Shown piece by piece: positions 12,401-20,960 of a stretch of DNA of 64,000 nt (its first letter is position 1; the number at the start of each line of letters is the position of its first letter). The stretch lies in the UHGV virus genome UHGV-1372970; one strand, 5' to 3'. The stretch is from a virus. Under the pieces are notes generated by a model. That model searched no databases, was not told the DNA's origin, and saw only the letters and a program-made list of their open reading frames with translations. The translations under genes and the position numbers were made by a program.

Positions 12401-13981
12401 AAGCAGTTTAAAACCTAACCCCATCCCCACGATTGACGCGATAGTTTTTACCAGGCCAATGTTTTCCCCGAGCCATGAAGCCATATCCGTCAACGTTTTC
12501 ACGATTGACGTCATACCCTGCCCGAAGTTGTAGGCAAACAACTGGCCCTCTGTCGTGTTCAGATAGGTCGACAATTGCTTGAGACTATCGGTCAGCGCAT
12601 CGAGATAACCGCCTTTGGCCATGTTGTCAGAGAAGCGCATAAACGCCGTCTGCATCTGCGCCATCGCACCCGTAAAGGTGTGAGAAAGACGATCAGCCGC
12701 ACCCGCGCTATCAACCTCCATTCCGATGAAGAGCATGTCCAGTGCTGATTTCGCCTCAACGCTTCCAAGAGAAACGTCTTTAACGAGCTTCGCCATGCTG
12801 ACACCCATCATATCTGCCATGGACTGCATTGCAGTTGGCACGGCTTCGCCCAACTGTTGACGCAACTCTTCCATAGAGATAACGCCCTTGCCGGACATCT
12901 GCTGGATGGCAACCGCTGCACGCTTCAGGATCTCGGAATCTCCGCCAAACTGAGCCACAGAGTTAACAAGCGCATTTAGCGAGCCGGTTGTCGGATCAAT
13001 CCCACCAGCTTTCAATTTGACGAAGGCATCGGACACAGCATCTAGCGATACGTGGACCTTTTCGGAAAGCCCCATGATGTAATTCATGTCTCTTTCCGCG
13101 GCTTGTTGCGGGTTCTGCGCGTCCTTCTCCAGCCCCTGCAGCAAGATACGGGTATTCTGCATCTTGCTCATGGCCTGAATCAGCGGCTCTTGCCAGCTGA
13201 ACAACACATCTTTAACTGTACGTGCCGCGTCACCAATTTCCCCTAAGAGGAAAATGTTGCCACGCAACCCTTCGAATAGCCCTGATTCAGAGCGGCCACG
13301 GCCACCTGAATTACCTGAACCACCCCCTCCACCGGGTCCACCACCACCGCTACCGCCTACACGACCGCCGCCCAGGATCCTCCCATTAAGCGCTTTTTGA
13401 CGATCGATAACTGCATCCATCTGGTCGCGAACGTTTTTAAGACCATCTGCGGCCTTGTCAGTCGTCCCTTTCCATCGATCTAACACCTTGCTGGTATTTG
13501 ACAGGCGGCGGTTTAGTGACGATGTCGTGCTGCCCATCTCTGAGGCATCGGAGGAAAATCTCTTCGCGGATTTGCCAGCGTGATCCGCAAAGTCGGAAAA
13601 GTCCATGAGTTCGGACTGCGCCTTCTTCAGCGCGGAAGTGAGCGTACCAACCTTTGCACTCGTCTGTTCTACTCGTGTAGAAAAGACAGATAAGCTTCGG
13701 TTGATAGCTGCAATGTTTTCACGGATAGTGCGAAGACTTTGACCTGCCAGCTCGGTACCGGCAGCAAAGTCCTCCATTTTGTCGGCGCCTTTGCCAAGGG
13801 CGACACTTAGAACGGAAAACGAACGACCTGTCGCATTGACAGCTCGTTCGAGTGATGACATTTTTTTAGAGTTGTTAGAGGCCGTTTTACCAAATGTCTC
13901 TAACAGATTTCCCGCATTTTTAATTGACATTGAAAACTCCTTGTCATTCAACGTCAACTTAAAATCTACAATATCGGACAT
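9458..13981 (-). CDS. Tail tape-measure protein.
   Basis: 1507 aa. Coiled-coil-rich with a Gly-rich segment and hydrophobic segments. Positioned after the G/GT chaperone genes. Confidence 0.9.
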   Translation of the reverse strand: MSDIVDFKLTLNDKEFSMSIKNAGNLLETFGKTASNNSKKMSSLERAVNATGRSFSVLSVALGKGADKMEDFAAGTELAGQSLRTIRENIAAINRSLSVFSTRVEQTSAKVGTLTSALKKAQSELMDFSDFADHAGKSAKRFSSDASEMGSTTSSLNRRLSNTSKVLDRWKGTTDKAADGLKNVRDQMDAVIDRQKALNGRILGGGRVGGSGGGGPGGGGGSGNSGGRGRSESGLFEGLRGNIFLLGEIGDAARTVKDVLFSWQEPLIQAMSKMQNTRILLQGLEKDAQNPQQAAERDMNYIMGLSEKVHVSLDAVSDAFVKLKAGGIDPTTGSLNALVNSVAQFGGDSEILKRAAVAIQQMSGKGVISMEELRQQLGEAVPTAMQSMADMMGVSMAKLVKDVSLGSVEAKSALDMLFIGMEVDSAGAADRLSHTFTGAMAQMQTAFMRFSDNMAKGGYLDALTDSLKQLSTYLNTTEGQLFAYNFGQGMTSIVKTLTDMASWLGENIGLVKTIASIVGMGLGFKLLSTVITGTLGTALGMFSSLNKSLGIATKAVGGFLSVTGRIVQDIRNIGLFAAAVINVTEAIRGAKTAWLAFTATLQFNPIIIGITAVVAVVALLATTFESVAEKAGDALEKIKAVPEAMGKQEQAALNARLNQLDQDEADLKRRRSIYMSATPEQQKEMSKGEKFNIDNINAGLKDIQGNRQDIQNAMGGAVVAVASKEISRNIQSSLRDIDNQFTKDAASFSNSAKDYRDRYKDIETDKSLSADQRAAKLENLNAERQKKLAAAMDKRLAGYQTLEQNLQDQKKSVEDQLKASNLTAEQKKTLDTKNVALSRQINDLNDNQIKMAQADVDRAKGSMTGDTPKLSTQTKTGDRIKLITDNAGKKVGDFVNSDTGAALRDLLGNVISGQNQMSVNQRYLSAVGGKKFEELSNSEQKSIKKGLADAVKADQAAANKRLQSANIAASKQQSIDAIVAKANQQVVSSANELAGQLGLTSKASAGFDESVKKTLTQIDNALKDQDINGKSLPEGSRFSADQKQQMIRDRDFIKANASDYSQRLDRDSAEQTVSKFTTTTSGIMSSYDGANRQATMAKWQEDYKRDINTLQSYIATTQSDVMKDVYQRSLKAMQEGGNRAFVEQFGTETQKMALEYEDVAGQIEGVWSNAFSSMTDTITSFIMDGKASFSDFARSIVKDIASIIVKSQITAPIMNMMGMGTNGTGSTGNVAGAMLNQGVSLVAGGGKSSVNNGDKSIGQSAKETSVGMSQMSTATENANSGLSGMVSSAWDSTKSLFGLGTATGNQTKAISSNILSMNNLSSVAGGLAAVFASMGAGSNSTKGRWLNFGMSMVSAATSVWAGSMANSGGSDSGGSGGSGGAVAHANGGIFGPKGVVPLKTYSKGGIATTPQLALFGEGRQNEAYVPLPDGRSIPVTMTGGMTGGSTVAPVAINISVNSDGSSSTSGSDSDSSGWNDAAQRIKNIVLDTITQEKRPGGSLNKNTNGNR

Positions 13982-13985
13982 TCCC

Positions 13986-14656
13986 TTATCCTATTCTTCC
14001 AAAGATTTCCATTAATTGCTCTTTGGCGTCAGGGTCTGCTTTCACTTTCGATGGATCGTAGACTTTATCGGTTACGACTGGTCTTCCTACCCGGTATTGC
14101 AAACCCTCCATGAACGCCGTAGCGTCTTCCGCCCCCGCCTGTGCTACTCGTGACACCTGGAAACCTCTCAGGTCGTCTTCTGCTTTTAGACGGTCGATGT
14201 TGCGGCTTAGCATCCAGAAGGTTGCCAGTGGCAGCATCAGAACTTCTCGCGGCGAAATGGCGTAATAAGCAATAACTCGGCTGAAGTAGAATCCGAAGTC
14301 GATAGAGATCGTAACGACACCGGATTCTTCGCGGGAAATTACTTTACTTCTTCACCGGCAGCGGCTTCGTTCTCTTCATCTGCCTGTTCCATGGCAAAGG
14401 TGAAGATCTGCTGAAGCTGCGGAATACTCAGACGATTGATAACTTCCTGCGGAACGTCTGGCATAACCTCAGCCACCAGGCCAGCGTATGCCTCAACCTG
14501 ATCCAGCATGGACATCGACTCGATGTCTTTACCTTCGAAGGCTTTGACTTTGGCAAACAAACCAACGGTCATTTCGGCAATGGCATAGGTTTTACCAGCC
14601 AGTTTGATTTCTTTTTTAGGTGGAAGGATGGAATCCAGATCCAGTAACTTAGTCAT
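13986..14656 (-). CDS. Tail assembly chaperone GT-like fusion, produced by a -1 frameshift near the end of the G-like ORF.
   Basis: The -1 frame opens just after the stop at minus-strand ...GAA GAA GTA AAG TAA. It continues as RSKVISREESGVVTISIDFGFYF... through the annotated ORF 13986..14237. Confidence 0.55.
14339..14656 (-). CDS. Tail assembly chaperone (gpG-like).
   Basis: 105 aa with an acidic C-terminus, directly upstream of the tape-measure gene. The overlapping -1 frame is open downstream. Confidence 0.7.
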   Translation of the reverse strand: MTKLLDLDSILPPKKEIKLAGKTYAIAEMTVGLFAKVKAFEGKDIESMSMLDQVEAYAGLVAEVMPDVPQEVINRLSIPQLQQIFTFAMEQADEENEAAAGEEVK

Positions 14657-14707
14657 TTAAAAATCCTTTTAAAACAGAGGGCCGTCCTGACCCTCTAAAA
14701 TCTGCAA

Positions 14708-15453
14708 TTAAGCGGTTACAGTTACGGTGACTTGCGAGGACACAATCGCACCGTCTTTCGTGGTAAACGTAATCTTCGCAGTACCCGTTGCCACACCCTT
14801 CACAACGCCATTGGCGTCTACAGTTGCAATCGCTGGGTTACTTGAAGTCCATGTACCACCTTTTTCATCTGCGGTTGACGGGGCAATCGTCTTAGTCAGC
14901 GTCGTTGTTGCTCCAACTCTGACTGACGCCGAAGCTGGCGACACAGTCACTCCCGTCACTTTTACTTTGGGGCCGAGAGAGTCCCCAACACGCCGGTGTC
15001 ATCCGGGTACGCATTGAACTCAACAGAGAACACGCGAACATCATCTGACTTATAAGCCATGGTGAAGTTACCACCGGTAGCGGCATTCGGTAGAGTCAGA
15101 ATGAAGTCAGTACCATCTTGCGGGGTCAGTACCAATTCCTGAGCAACATCAACGAGGTTGACGCCCTGCGCCGATTTGATGCTCAGCGTTTTGCTGTCGG
15201 TTGACATACTAGAACCAGGCATCAGGTTAACCATGTTCGCAAGCACGCTTTCGGCCAGCGGTACGGTTACTTTGATGTTACGACCCTGAATCAGCTCAGA
15301 GATGGTGGTTTGGCCTAACTGGTCAACGGTCACTTTCAGGGTTTCGGTAGAAACTTCCACCTCTACACCGCCCTTTGTGTAACCCAGATCAGCACCTGCA
15401 AAGGTCACTGCACAGGCACCTAGTTTGATATTTTTTACATGGGTATTAGCCAT
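14708..15453 (-). CDS. Major tail protein with C-terminal Ig-like (Big_2) extension, produced by a -1 programmed frameshift.
   Basis: The slippery heptamer C CCA AAG (plus-strand ctttggg, 14965-14971) sits immediately before the TAA at 14962-14964. The -1 frame continues as PKVKVTGVTVSPASASVRVGATTTL...VTVTA, a Big_2-type Ig fold. Confidence 0.7.
14962..15453 (-). CDS. Major tail protein.
   Basis: 163 aa, beta-rich, abundant-protein-like. Position between the tail terminator and G-like genes. AAGGAG ribosome-binding site. Confidence 0.75.
   Translation of the reverse strand: MANTHVKNIKLGACAVTFAGADLGYTKGGVEVEVSTETLKVTVDQLGQTTISELIQGRNIKVTVPLAESVLANMVNLMPGSSMSTDSKTLSIKSAQGVNLVDVAQELVLTPQDGTDFILTLPNAATGGNFTMAYKSDDVRVFSVEFNAYPDDTGVLGTLSAPK
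14965..14971 (-). promoter_or_regulatory. -1 programmed ribosomal frameshift slippery site (CCCAAAG).
   Basis: X XXY YYZ heptamer in the 0 frame, two codons before the stop. The downstream -1 frame is open for 85 codons. Confidence 0.65.
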
Positions 15454-15493
15454 TCTTGGTAAACTCCTTTTACCGGTTTCGTCATCTTGACAG

Positions 15494-15515
15494 TAAGTAA
15501 GTATATACTTACTTA
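15494..15515. promoter_or_regulatory. Conserved palindrome type 2 (TAAGTAAGTATATACTTACTTA), perfect 22-bp copy upstream of the major tail protein gene.
   Basis: About 13 related copies across the window, listed in findings. Confidence 0.6.
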
Positions 15516-15603
15516 TTTAAGCATTGCAATATCATAAGTGCGCTTGGTATAAACTTAGAAGGGAAATGGGGGCCATCACCCCCGTAGCCAACTGCCTGCT
15601 TTT

Positions 15604-16044
15604 TTAATCTTTTTTATTCATTTTCTTCTGGTACGCCTCGACCCCATCGGAGCAGGCGGTTGCGTAATTGTAATACTCTCGATTAATCATACCGGTCACG
15701 AAGTCATAGCGCGGGTATATATCGGTAAGAAAATCTTTTTCCTGATCGTTGAATTTTTTTGTCTCAAGGATTAGATCAGAAGCAAATTCAGTTTCAAAAT
15801 CATTGCCATGGGCGTCCCTGCCTTTAACCTTGCCGCACACGATATACTCGCCAAACGGGAGCTTGTTCTCTGCATGAAGATCAACGAACTTCATATCTGA
15901 AAATGTCGCCGACTCTGGGTCTGCCAGACGGGTCTTGACCTTCATCTTCGCAAATTCAATCGCTTCGGTTTCCATCTTATTATCGTCACAACCCGTAATA
16001 ACGACCGATAAACCAACAACCAACCCAATCAACGTTTTCTTCAT
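15604..16044 (-). CDS. Lipoprotein (moron inside the tail module).
   Basis: MKKTLIGLVVGLSVVITGCDD signal peptide with a lipobox. AT-richer than the flanking genes. Confidence 0.7.
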   Translation of the reverse strand: MKKTLIGLVVGLSVVITGCDDNKMETEAIEFAKMKVKTRLADPESATFSDMKFVDLHAENKLPFGEYIVCGKVKGRDAHGNDFETEFASDLILETKKFNDQEKDFLTDIYPRYDFVTGMINREYYNYATACSDGVEAYQKKMNKKD

Positions 16045-16136
16045 TTTTTAATCCGACCATTCCATTTTTATCTACTAATATTCAAAAGGTTCGAGCGGCC
16101 ATGCAAACGAAAAAGCCGCACGAAGCGGCCAGGAAA

Positions 16137-16517
16137 CTACAACATATACCCGGCAAATTCCACCGGTAACCCTATTTCGAACATTGCACCATCATTTCTT
16201 GGGTAAACGACTGGCAGGGTCATTGGTCTAACCATCTTAAAAAAGACCCCATTTGACGTAATATCTTCCGCAGGAAGCAGATCACTAATTGCTCGCATCT
16301 TCTTTTGTGCGGTGGAAAGAGAAACGTCGCGCACCACAATCAGCATAGAGTCCATATAAAAATCTCGTAACTCATGATCTACGGAGATACCACTGGTCGG
16401 CGATGTCACCATCACCGCACTTTTGACATCCTGCGGCATGGCGTCGGCAAAGACATTCGACCCGGCCTTCCCAATCCCCATTTTTGCCAGGTGCATTGCT
16501 AATCCCTCAACAAACAT
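16137..16517 (-). CDS. Putative tail terminator / tail completion protein (gpU-like position).
   Basis: 126 aa, immediately upstream of the lipoprotein and major tail protein genes. Synteny only. Confidence 0.4.
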   Translation of the reverse strand: MFVEGLAMHLAKMGIGKAGSNVFADAMPQDVKSAVMVTSPTSGISVDHELRDFYMDSMLIVVRDVSLSTAQKKMRAISDLLPAEDITSNGVFFKMVRPMTLPVVYPRNDGAMFEIGLPVEFAGYML

Positions 16518-17011
16518 TATCGTCTCCTTATGAAACCAGCTTTTCTCGCTGAATCTTCAACTATTTCAGGGAACCGCTTTCGGATGTATTCGACGGCTCT
16601 TTCCATGTACCGACGCCCGACGTTAACCCGCCGATTATCTACCGGCCCCTGTGTCATCTGCTTCAAAATAGAACCGGCACCGAGGCTGTATTTGTGCTTT
16701 TCCATATAGAGCGCATAATCACCAACCGTAGTGCCGGGCTTAACCTTCACAGTCCCATTACTCTGTCTTGGCCGGCTTTCATCAACCTTCATTTCGATGT
16801 GCAAGCTGTCGTAACCGGTCTTTACCACGCGAGCAAAAATGGCGCTTTCAAGCGATCCGGTTTCCATCGGGGCCATTGCTCTTGCCATTCTCTGAGCGAC
16901 ATTAGCCAGCTTCGCCATCTCAGAGACAAGCACGCGTTTATAGGCTTTCTGGCTGTTGCTGAGACGACTCTGGGCCTTCTTCAGATTCAGCGTGTTGATG
17001 TTTAAACCCAT
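16517..17011 (-). CDS. Putative head-tail joining / head completion protein.
   Basis: 164 aa in the connector region between head and tail genes. ATGA-type overlap with its neighbour. Confidence 0.4.
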   Translation of the reverse strand: MGLNINTLNLKKAQSRLSNSQKAYKRVLVSEMAKLANVAQRMARAMAPMETGSLESAIFARVVKTGYDSLHIEMKVDESRPRQSNGTVKVKPGTTVGDYALYMEKHKYSLGAGSILKQMTQGPVDNRRVNVGRRYMERAVEYIRKRFPEIVEDSARKAGFIRRR

Positions 17012-17346
17012 ATATTCGCCCCGACTTCATAATGCCCCGGACGGCCGCGTAACCCCCATCGCTGGTGGATGCTTTCGACTCGCATTTTTTTGCCGCTAAC
17101 GATAAGCACATCCTCCTTGGCGATCGGCGCTGACAGTGGCACGATGAAGACTGCATCAAACAGCGCAATCTCCGCCTTACCACGGCTTGCAGAACTATCC
17201 GCACGAACAGACGTTTTATCGATACTGTCAACGAACGAAACGGCGCCCATCTTTATCTGAGCAGCGAACTCGTATTTCGCCTCTCCGTACAAGTCCATAC
17301 CACCTTTCTTGTACAGAGCGCCCTCAACCTGCCAGGCAATATCCAT
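17002..17346 (-). CDS. Putative head-tail adaptor protein.
   Basis: 114 aa, called by synteny. Confidence 0.35.
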   Translation of the reverse strand: MDIAWQVEGALYKKGGMDLYGEAKYEFAAQIKMGAVSFVDSIDKTSVRADSSASRGKAEIALFDAVFIVPLSAPIAKEDVLIVSGKKMRVESIHQRWGLRGRPGHYEVGANIWV

Positions 17347-17356
17347 TTGACCCGCC

Positions 17357-18190
17357 TTACTGTCTGCGCACGATGACGCGGTTATCCATGTACTTCAGCA
17401 ACATTCTCCACGTCGTTTTGGCGACAATAGAGACAGCACCTTTACCCTGGCGGTAAGCCATGGTCGTTTCGCCAATCGATTCAGAGACGATCCCATCCTC
17501 ACGCGCACGCTGAATATCACTGCCACCGGCAATCTCACTGGCTTCATTCACAACGGCCAGTGCAAGTGCGTTTCGGAAGACTTCTGGAAACTCCATAAAG
17601 TCATCGTCGGTCAGCTTATCCCAATCAACAATGTCGGAGGTGTACTGACCTGCCCAGCGGAAAGGCAGAGTCGACGTCTGAAGCATATTCTGAGGGCGAT
17701 CATAATCATCCCAATCCATGCCATAGATCCGACGAATTGAAAACGACATCGACTTAATGCGCTTCGTTGCCTCAATCAGCTGACGCCGCAGGTCCCCTTC
17801 GCCACCGGTTAGTAAACTTCCGCCGTTAAGCATGTCGATCGCCTGTAGCTGCGCTTCGCCAATGGAGATAAACGACTGCTTCGGGACAGACAGCTCAAAA
17901 CTGCGTAAAACGATGTACTGCTGCTCTTTGGTAATGAAAGCGCCACCTGCATCAACTGATAGCGTAACGCGTCGCAAATCGCGTTCACGCTCACCCAGAG
18001 CGTTAATCGCCCCAGGGACAGTGATAGTGACAAACATCTGCCCATCAGAGACAGGGACATCGACGCCGGACGTGACGATATTTCCGCTGGCGTCTTTCAC
18101 AGAGTAACTGGCTGAGGTAGCGCTCATCACATCGAGAGAAAAGCGCAGCGTGACATCATCCCCGTCTTTATAAACGCCAAGCTGCCCCAT
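17357..18190 (-). CDS. Hypothetical structural protein.
   Basis: 277 aa, beta-rich N-terminal half, in the head-tail connector region. Confidence 0.4.
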   Translation of the reverse strand: MGQLGVYKDGDDVTLRFSLDVMSATSASYSVKDASGNIVTSGVDVPVSDGQMFVTITVPGAINALGERERDLRRVTLSVDAGGAFITKEQQYIVLRSFELSVPKQSFISIGEAQLQAIDMLNGGSLLTGGEGDLRRQLIEATKRIKSMSFSIRRIYGMDWDDYDRPQNMLQTSTLPFRWAGQYTSDIVDWDKLTDDDFMEFPEVFRNALALAVVNEASEIAGGSDIQRAREDGIVSESIGETTMAYRQGKGAVSIVAKTTWRMLLKYMDNRVIVRRQ

Positions 18191-18615
18191 TACACGCCGC
18201 CTTGCGCTTTCAGAATGCCGTCAATCATCTCTACGATGCCTTTGGCCTTCACGCCTACTACCCCACCAATCAAACGCAGACCCGCGATCCCTTCAATATC
18301 AGCGACAGCCTCAAGCTCTTCACGCGTGTAGATCTGAACACCCGGCTCGACAGTACCGCGAGCGAGATTGGTCACTGGCTCTGCGACATGTTCCTTAACG
18401 GCCTCAGCATTAACGGAGTATCGCTCGCTATAAGCGCCAGCTGCCGAAACATTGCGGCCATCAACGGTTTCCGCACGCATCGACGCGCAGATACGCTGCT
18501 GATCCACAAACGGTAGCTCTTCGACAGAAACACCATCTTCGAACTGAACGCCACAAAGCAGACCGGTGTATCCCTTAAAGGTCGATTCCAGCAACTTCAC
18601 TTTTGCACTTTTCAT
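18190..18615 (-). CDS. Hypothetical structural protein.
   Basis: 141 aa. ATGA overlap with the downstream gene. Confidence 0.4.
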   Translation of the reverse strand: MKSAKVKLLESTFKGYTGLLCGVQFEDGVSVEELPFVDQQRICASMRAETVDGRNVSAAGAYSERYSVNAEAVKEHVAEPVTNLARGTVEPGVQIYTREELEAVADIEGIAGLRLIGGVVGVKAKGIVEMIDGILKAQGGV

Positions 18616-18656
18616 TTTCTATCCCTGAATGTGGGCGCCATATGACGCCCTTTTGG

Positions 18657-19100
18657 TTAAACTTGGACTGTCTCTGGATTGTTTACGGTGATAGCCGCTT
18701 CGTCGAATACAGAGCCATCATTAGCAACCAGACGAATCTTCACACTGCCTTCGGCTACACCTTTCACCAGACCAGACGCATCGACGGTCGCAATGCCGGA
18801 ATCGTCAGTCACCCAATGGTAAGAGCGGTCAGTGGCGTTATCAGGCTTGATAGTGCCTCCCAACTGAACCGTCTCACCCACCAGCACCGTCGCCGTCTTC
18901 GGGGAAACCGTTACGCTCTGGACGTGAATGATAGCGGCCGCATCTTTGTGCGGTTCAGACTTGAAACATGCGGCCAGGCGATTCTGGCGGTACTCAGTCA
19001 TCGGCGCGTCAGAAACTGATTTGGTAAACGGCGTGTTAAACATCGTTCCGGTGAAATCAGTGAACTGCTCGTCCGTGATTTTCATTTTTTGCTCAGGCAT
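18657..19100 (-). CDS. Ig-like (Big_2) domain head decoration / accessory protein.
   Basis: Segment IHVQSVTVSPKTATVLVGETVQLGGTIKPDNATDRSYHWVTDDSGIATVDASGLVKGVAEGSVKIRLVANDGS is a Big_2-type Ig domain. Gene lies just downstream of the major capsid protein. Confidence 0.65.
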   Translation of the reverse strand: MPEQKMKITDEQFTDFTGTMFNTPFTKSVSDAPMTEYRQNRLAACFKSEPHKDAAAIIHVQSVTVSPKTATVLVGETVQLGGTIKPDNATDRSYHWVTDDSGIATVDASGLVKGVAEGSVKIRLVANDGSVFDEAAITVNNPETVQV

Positions 19101-19111
19101 ATCTTTCCCTC

Positions 19112-19140
19112 AAAAAAAAAGGGCGGGCGCAAGCCCACCC
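19112..19140 (-). terminator. Rho-independent terminator between the major capsid and decoration genes.
   Basis: Minus-strand RNA GGGUGGGC-UUGC-GCCCGCCC followed by U9. Confidence 0.7.
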
Positions 19141-19173
19141 GTTAATTAAGTAAGTATTTACTTACTAATCTAA

Positions 19174-20046
19174 TTAAATCTTAACGCCGCCCAGAGCTGC
19201 AATGGCTTTGTCATGCTTGTTAACCAGACCGGTGTACCACTTAACGCGGGTACGGGTTGCGTCTTTATCCTGAACGGTGCCGATGGACTCGACAACGATA
19301 CCGGCATTGTCACCGCCGTAGATACCGGACAGGCCGTTCTCTTCGGACATGTGCAGACAGTAAATCGGAGCCGCGCCGTCAGTAACCGGGATAAAGTCGT
19401 TCACGATGAACGGAATGCCGTTGTGGGTCAGCATCGGTCGACCGAAGTTCTCCACCATGATTTCGCTCGGGCCAGCGTTTACGGTACGCAGCAGCGCACG
19501 ATAAGCACGCAGGTGCTCGGAGCGAACCATCAGGCAGTCAGCGCCCAGATCTTTAACCGCATCCACCAGCTCATCGAGCATGGAGAAGGTCATAGAGGCG
19601 TTAGCCGCGATGTTCTGGTCCGCAGCCATCAGCTTCGCGATACCGTTGAAGGACTTCGGATTCAGAGTTTCGTCACCCTGGATCAGATTGCGGCGGAACG
19701 CACGCGCCAGACCTTTCACTTTCGCGCGGATCTGAATCGCCAGCTGGCTGTTGGTGTCATCCATGGTGGTAGCCAGGAATTTATCAACATCCACATCACC
19801 GGCCATAATACGCAGCTTCGCGGTATGTTCGGAGAAGGTTGCAGCGCCTTCAGGGATCACATCGTTCACGTCGATGAAACCGGCTTCAGACAGGGTCGCT
19901 TCGCGGTTGTACAGATAGGCTTTGCTGTTCACTTTGAAGAACGGCAGGATTGCAAACAGGTCATCACGGTCGATAATCGTTTCGATTACGCCCTGCTCCA
20001 GTTCGTTATTACTCAGCTTTTCAGCTTCTTCACGCAGTAAAGGCAT
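19174..20046 (-). CDS. Major capsid protein (HK97 fold).
   Basis: 290 aa with typical HK97-fold major capsid protein composition. Follows the scaffold gene. Confidence 0.85.
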   Translation of the reverse strand: MPLLREEAEKLSNNELEQGVIETIIDRDDLFAILPFFKVNSKAYLYNREATLSEAGFIDVNDVIPEGAATFSEHTAKLRIMAGDVDVDKFLATTMDDTNSQLAIQIRAKVKGLARAFRRNLIQGDETLNPKSFNGIAKLMAADQNIAANASMTFSMLDELVDAVKDLGADCLMVRSEHLRAYRALLRTVNAGPSEIMVENFGRPMLTHNGIPFIVNDFIPVTDGAAPIYCLHMSEENGLSGIYGGDNAGIVVESIGTVQDKDATRTRVKWYTGLVNKHDKAIAALGGVKI

Positions 20047-20075
20047 CTTTCATTTCCTTATGATTAAGATGTTTG

Positions 20076-20948
20076 TTACTTGTTCAATTTACCAATGCCA
20101 GCGGTCAACTTATCCAGTGTCGACATCTTGGTTTCGGTATTCAGTTTCGGTTTGGTGGTGGTCTTAGAGTGAGCACCTTGCTTAGCTTCACTGCGCAGCA
20201 AAGCGTCAGCTTCAGGGTCAGCACGCAGAATGCGCTCAATAGCACTTTCAAACGCCAGTGGACTACCTTGTCCATCAACCATAACCGTGCGATCTTTTGC
20301 GCCAGCTGGTTTGTCAAAACCAACGACGCGGCCGTCTTCGCCAATCTCAAAGTGAGCGCCGTAAATGACACGAGCCTTTGCTGGGGTCATCAGGACTTTC
20401 TCACGCAGGAAGTTGGACTCGCTAAAAGAGGTTCCGATGGTTTTCTCAACCAGCTCACCTTTCATGCCAGCGATAACCGCTTCGAGTTCAGCGATGCGAG
20501 TGTCACGACCTTCCAGATCTTTGCCGTGCGCTTCGACCATCTGCTTTTTAACAGCGTCAAATTCGCCGCGGCGTTCTAGCTCCAGACGCTCCGCGTCTTC
20601 ACGAGCTTTTTGAGCAGCGGACTCAGCTTGGACTAACTCGATGGCGCGTTCCGGTGCAATATCACCGTACTGAGCCAGCTTTTCCTTCAGAGATTGCTCG
20701 TTGCCTTTTCGCTTCATGCTTTCTTTCAGCAAAGTCGCGGAGGTTTTACGCTCTTCACGGACTTTAGCAATCAGCTCTTCAGCACTCAGACCATCCAGAT
20801 CGTCAATTTGGGCAGCGCCCTTCTCAACGTCTGAAACTTCTGCGCCGGATTCACCACCGCCACCGCCACCGCCACCGCCTAACTCTTCTTTGCCCGCAAC
20901 GTCCATGTACCCGGTATGGGCCAACTGCATCCACTGCCATAACTTCAT
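20076..20948 (-). CDS. Head scaffolding protein.
   Basis: 290 aa, highly charged coiled coil with a poly-Gly tract. Between the portal and major capsid genes. Confidence 0.75.
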   Translation of the reverse strand: MKLWQWMQLAHTGYMDVAGKEELGGGGGGGGGESGAEVSDVEKGAAQIDDLDGLSAEELIAKVREERKTSATLLKESMKRKGNEQSLKEKLAQYGDIAPERAIELVQAESAAQKAREDAERLELERRGEFDAVKKQMVEAHGKDLEGRDTRIAELEAVIAGMKGELVEKTIGTSFSESNFLREKVLMTPAKARVIYGAHFEIGEDGRVVGFDKPAGAKDRTVMVDGQGSPLAFESAIERILRADPEADALLRSEAKQGAHSKTTTKPKLNTETKMSTLDKLTAGIGKLNK

Positions 20949-20960
20949 TCAAAAATCCTT

